From Trypanosoma brucei (Eukaryota): a DNA stretch of 64,000 bases. Both the position numbers and the translations under genes were made by a program. Location: positions 1,536,001 through 1,600,000 of the forward strand of contig CM000207.1 of the NCBI GenBank assembly GCA_000002445.1, read 5' to 3'. Numbering within the stretch: the first letter of the stretch is position 1; the number at the start of each line of letters is the position of its first letter. This document shows positions 63,237 to 64,000 of the stretch, in pieces. The notes beneath the pieces were generated by a model. That model did not search any database, was not told the DNA's origin, and saw nothing but the letters and a program-made list of their open reading frames with translations.

Positions 63237-64000
63237 AAGTCCTAGAGTGTGGCTCTATGGAGACAATGTGATAAATAATAAGGAACACAAACATTAGGAG
63301 GTAGAAGATAGATGAAAAACAAACAACAAGAAGCTATGAGACAAATAATGACAACACATCATGTTGGAGGGGAAGATACCGAGGGCTACGCATCATTCAG
63401 TTGCAGTACCCACTGCAGACGGGTACATGCATGTATGCATATATGTGTTTGTCGTGAAAAAAATCGCGACATGTTGCATGAGGAGCCACCAGTATTTTCC
63501 ATCTTTCGCCGACCAAGCAGGTAGCTGCAACAATCACGGTAACATGGATTAAGATCGGAGAAAATATATATAAGAGAGCCACAACTAGAACATAACCAGT
63601 GGCAACTAGTGACTGCATTGATAAATGTAACTTCATACCCACCCAACCACAACAACTGAGGTACCTAAGTTTATCATACCCCGTACTCCTTCCTGGAAGT
63701 GGAGGTGTGCCCTACGCGCAGGTTTTCGAATCCTACGGTACGCCATAACCCTCAGAAACTCCACCAACATGGGTGAAATGTACGTGAATGCGTATGTGTC
63801 TGTTTGTTTGACGGCGCGATAAGTATTGAACAGAAAAAAGTTTACGATAAATGGACAGTAAATCTGGGTCCACAAACTTCCATTACATCAATTCGTCCCG
63901 CGAGTTCACGGTTAAATAGGAAAATCATACGAACCATTAAATAAGTCGCTTTGACTTGAGATGCTGGTGAAATCCCTGAATATAGTCTTGCGTGCGCTGC

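Noticed and set aside
63700-63760. tRNA-like T-loop string ggttttcgaatcctacgg
   Set aside because: I could not build an acceptable T-stem, acceptor or anticodon arm around it by eye. It would need tRNAscan-SE. No tRNA is claimed anywhere in the window.
1-64000. CRISPR arrays, rRNA, retroelements (ingi/RIME/SLACS-like), VSG/ESAG-type genes
   Set aside because: I saw no spaced direct-repeat arrays, no rRNA-like conserved blocks, and no RT/endonuclease ORFs. Gene content is housekeeping core-chromosome type.

Overview
This window looks like core chromosomal sequence from a kinetoplastid, probably a Trypanosoma and most consistent with the T. brucei group; the organism call is inference from gene content, purine/pyrimidine-tract architecture and AT-rich (TA)n/(TG)n-laden intergenic DNA. 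It holds about 29 protein-coding genes, all on the minus strand. It is therefore a single unidirectional polycistronic transcription unit with no strand-switch region. Minus-strand genes are preceded, at higher coordinates, by tracts that are purine-rich on the + strand. In mRNA sense these are the polypyrimidine tracts that direct trans-splicing.

Products I recognise from their sequence are:
- DNA polymerase epsilon catalytic subunit (2.2-2.36k aa)
- phosphatidylserine decarboxylase
- HSP90 co-chaperone p23
- APC11 RING protein
- an Sm-like protein
- CHMP1/Vps46
- CIA2/MIP18
- mitochondrial phosphate carrier
- an APC-superfamily permease
- CLEC16A (FPL domain)
- a PIH1/Kintoun-like protein
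- a CECR5-like HAD hydrolase
- a PGAP1-like GPI inositol-deacylase homologue
- a Nopp140-like nucleolar protein with 87-bp and 24-bp coding tandem repeats
- a Roadblock (LAMTOR2-like) protein
- a BART/ARL2BP-like protein
- a small zf-3CxxC protein
- a small CCCH zinc-finger protein

Three things stand out:
- A 1449-aa protein built from nine tandem minimal SET/post-SET modules, alternating between canonical and degenerate types.
- A gene-free, ultra-low-complexity A/T tract of about 5.9 kb (23.97-29.87 kb) inside the unidirectional cluster, flanked by the 3' end of the CCCH-ZFP gene and the 5' end of the Sm gene.
- A 3'-truncated CDS at the left edge that the ORF track omits.

I saw no rRNA, CRISPR or retroelement, and I could not support any tRNA by eye. 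Start codons are approximate. The ORF track gives the longest Met-to-stop ORF, and several real starts probably lie downstream of the trans-splice acceptor.
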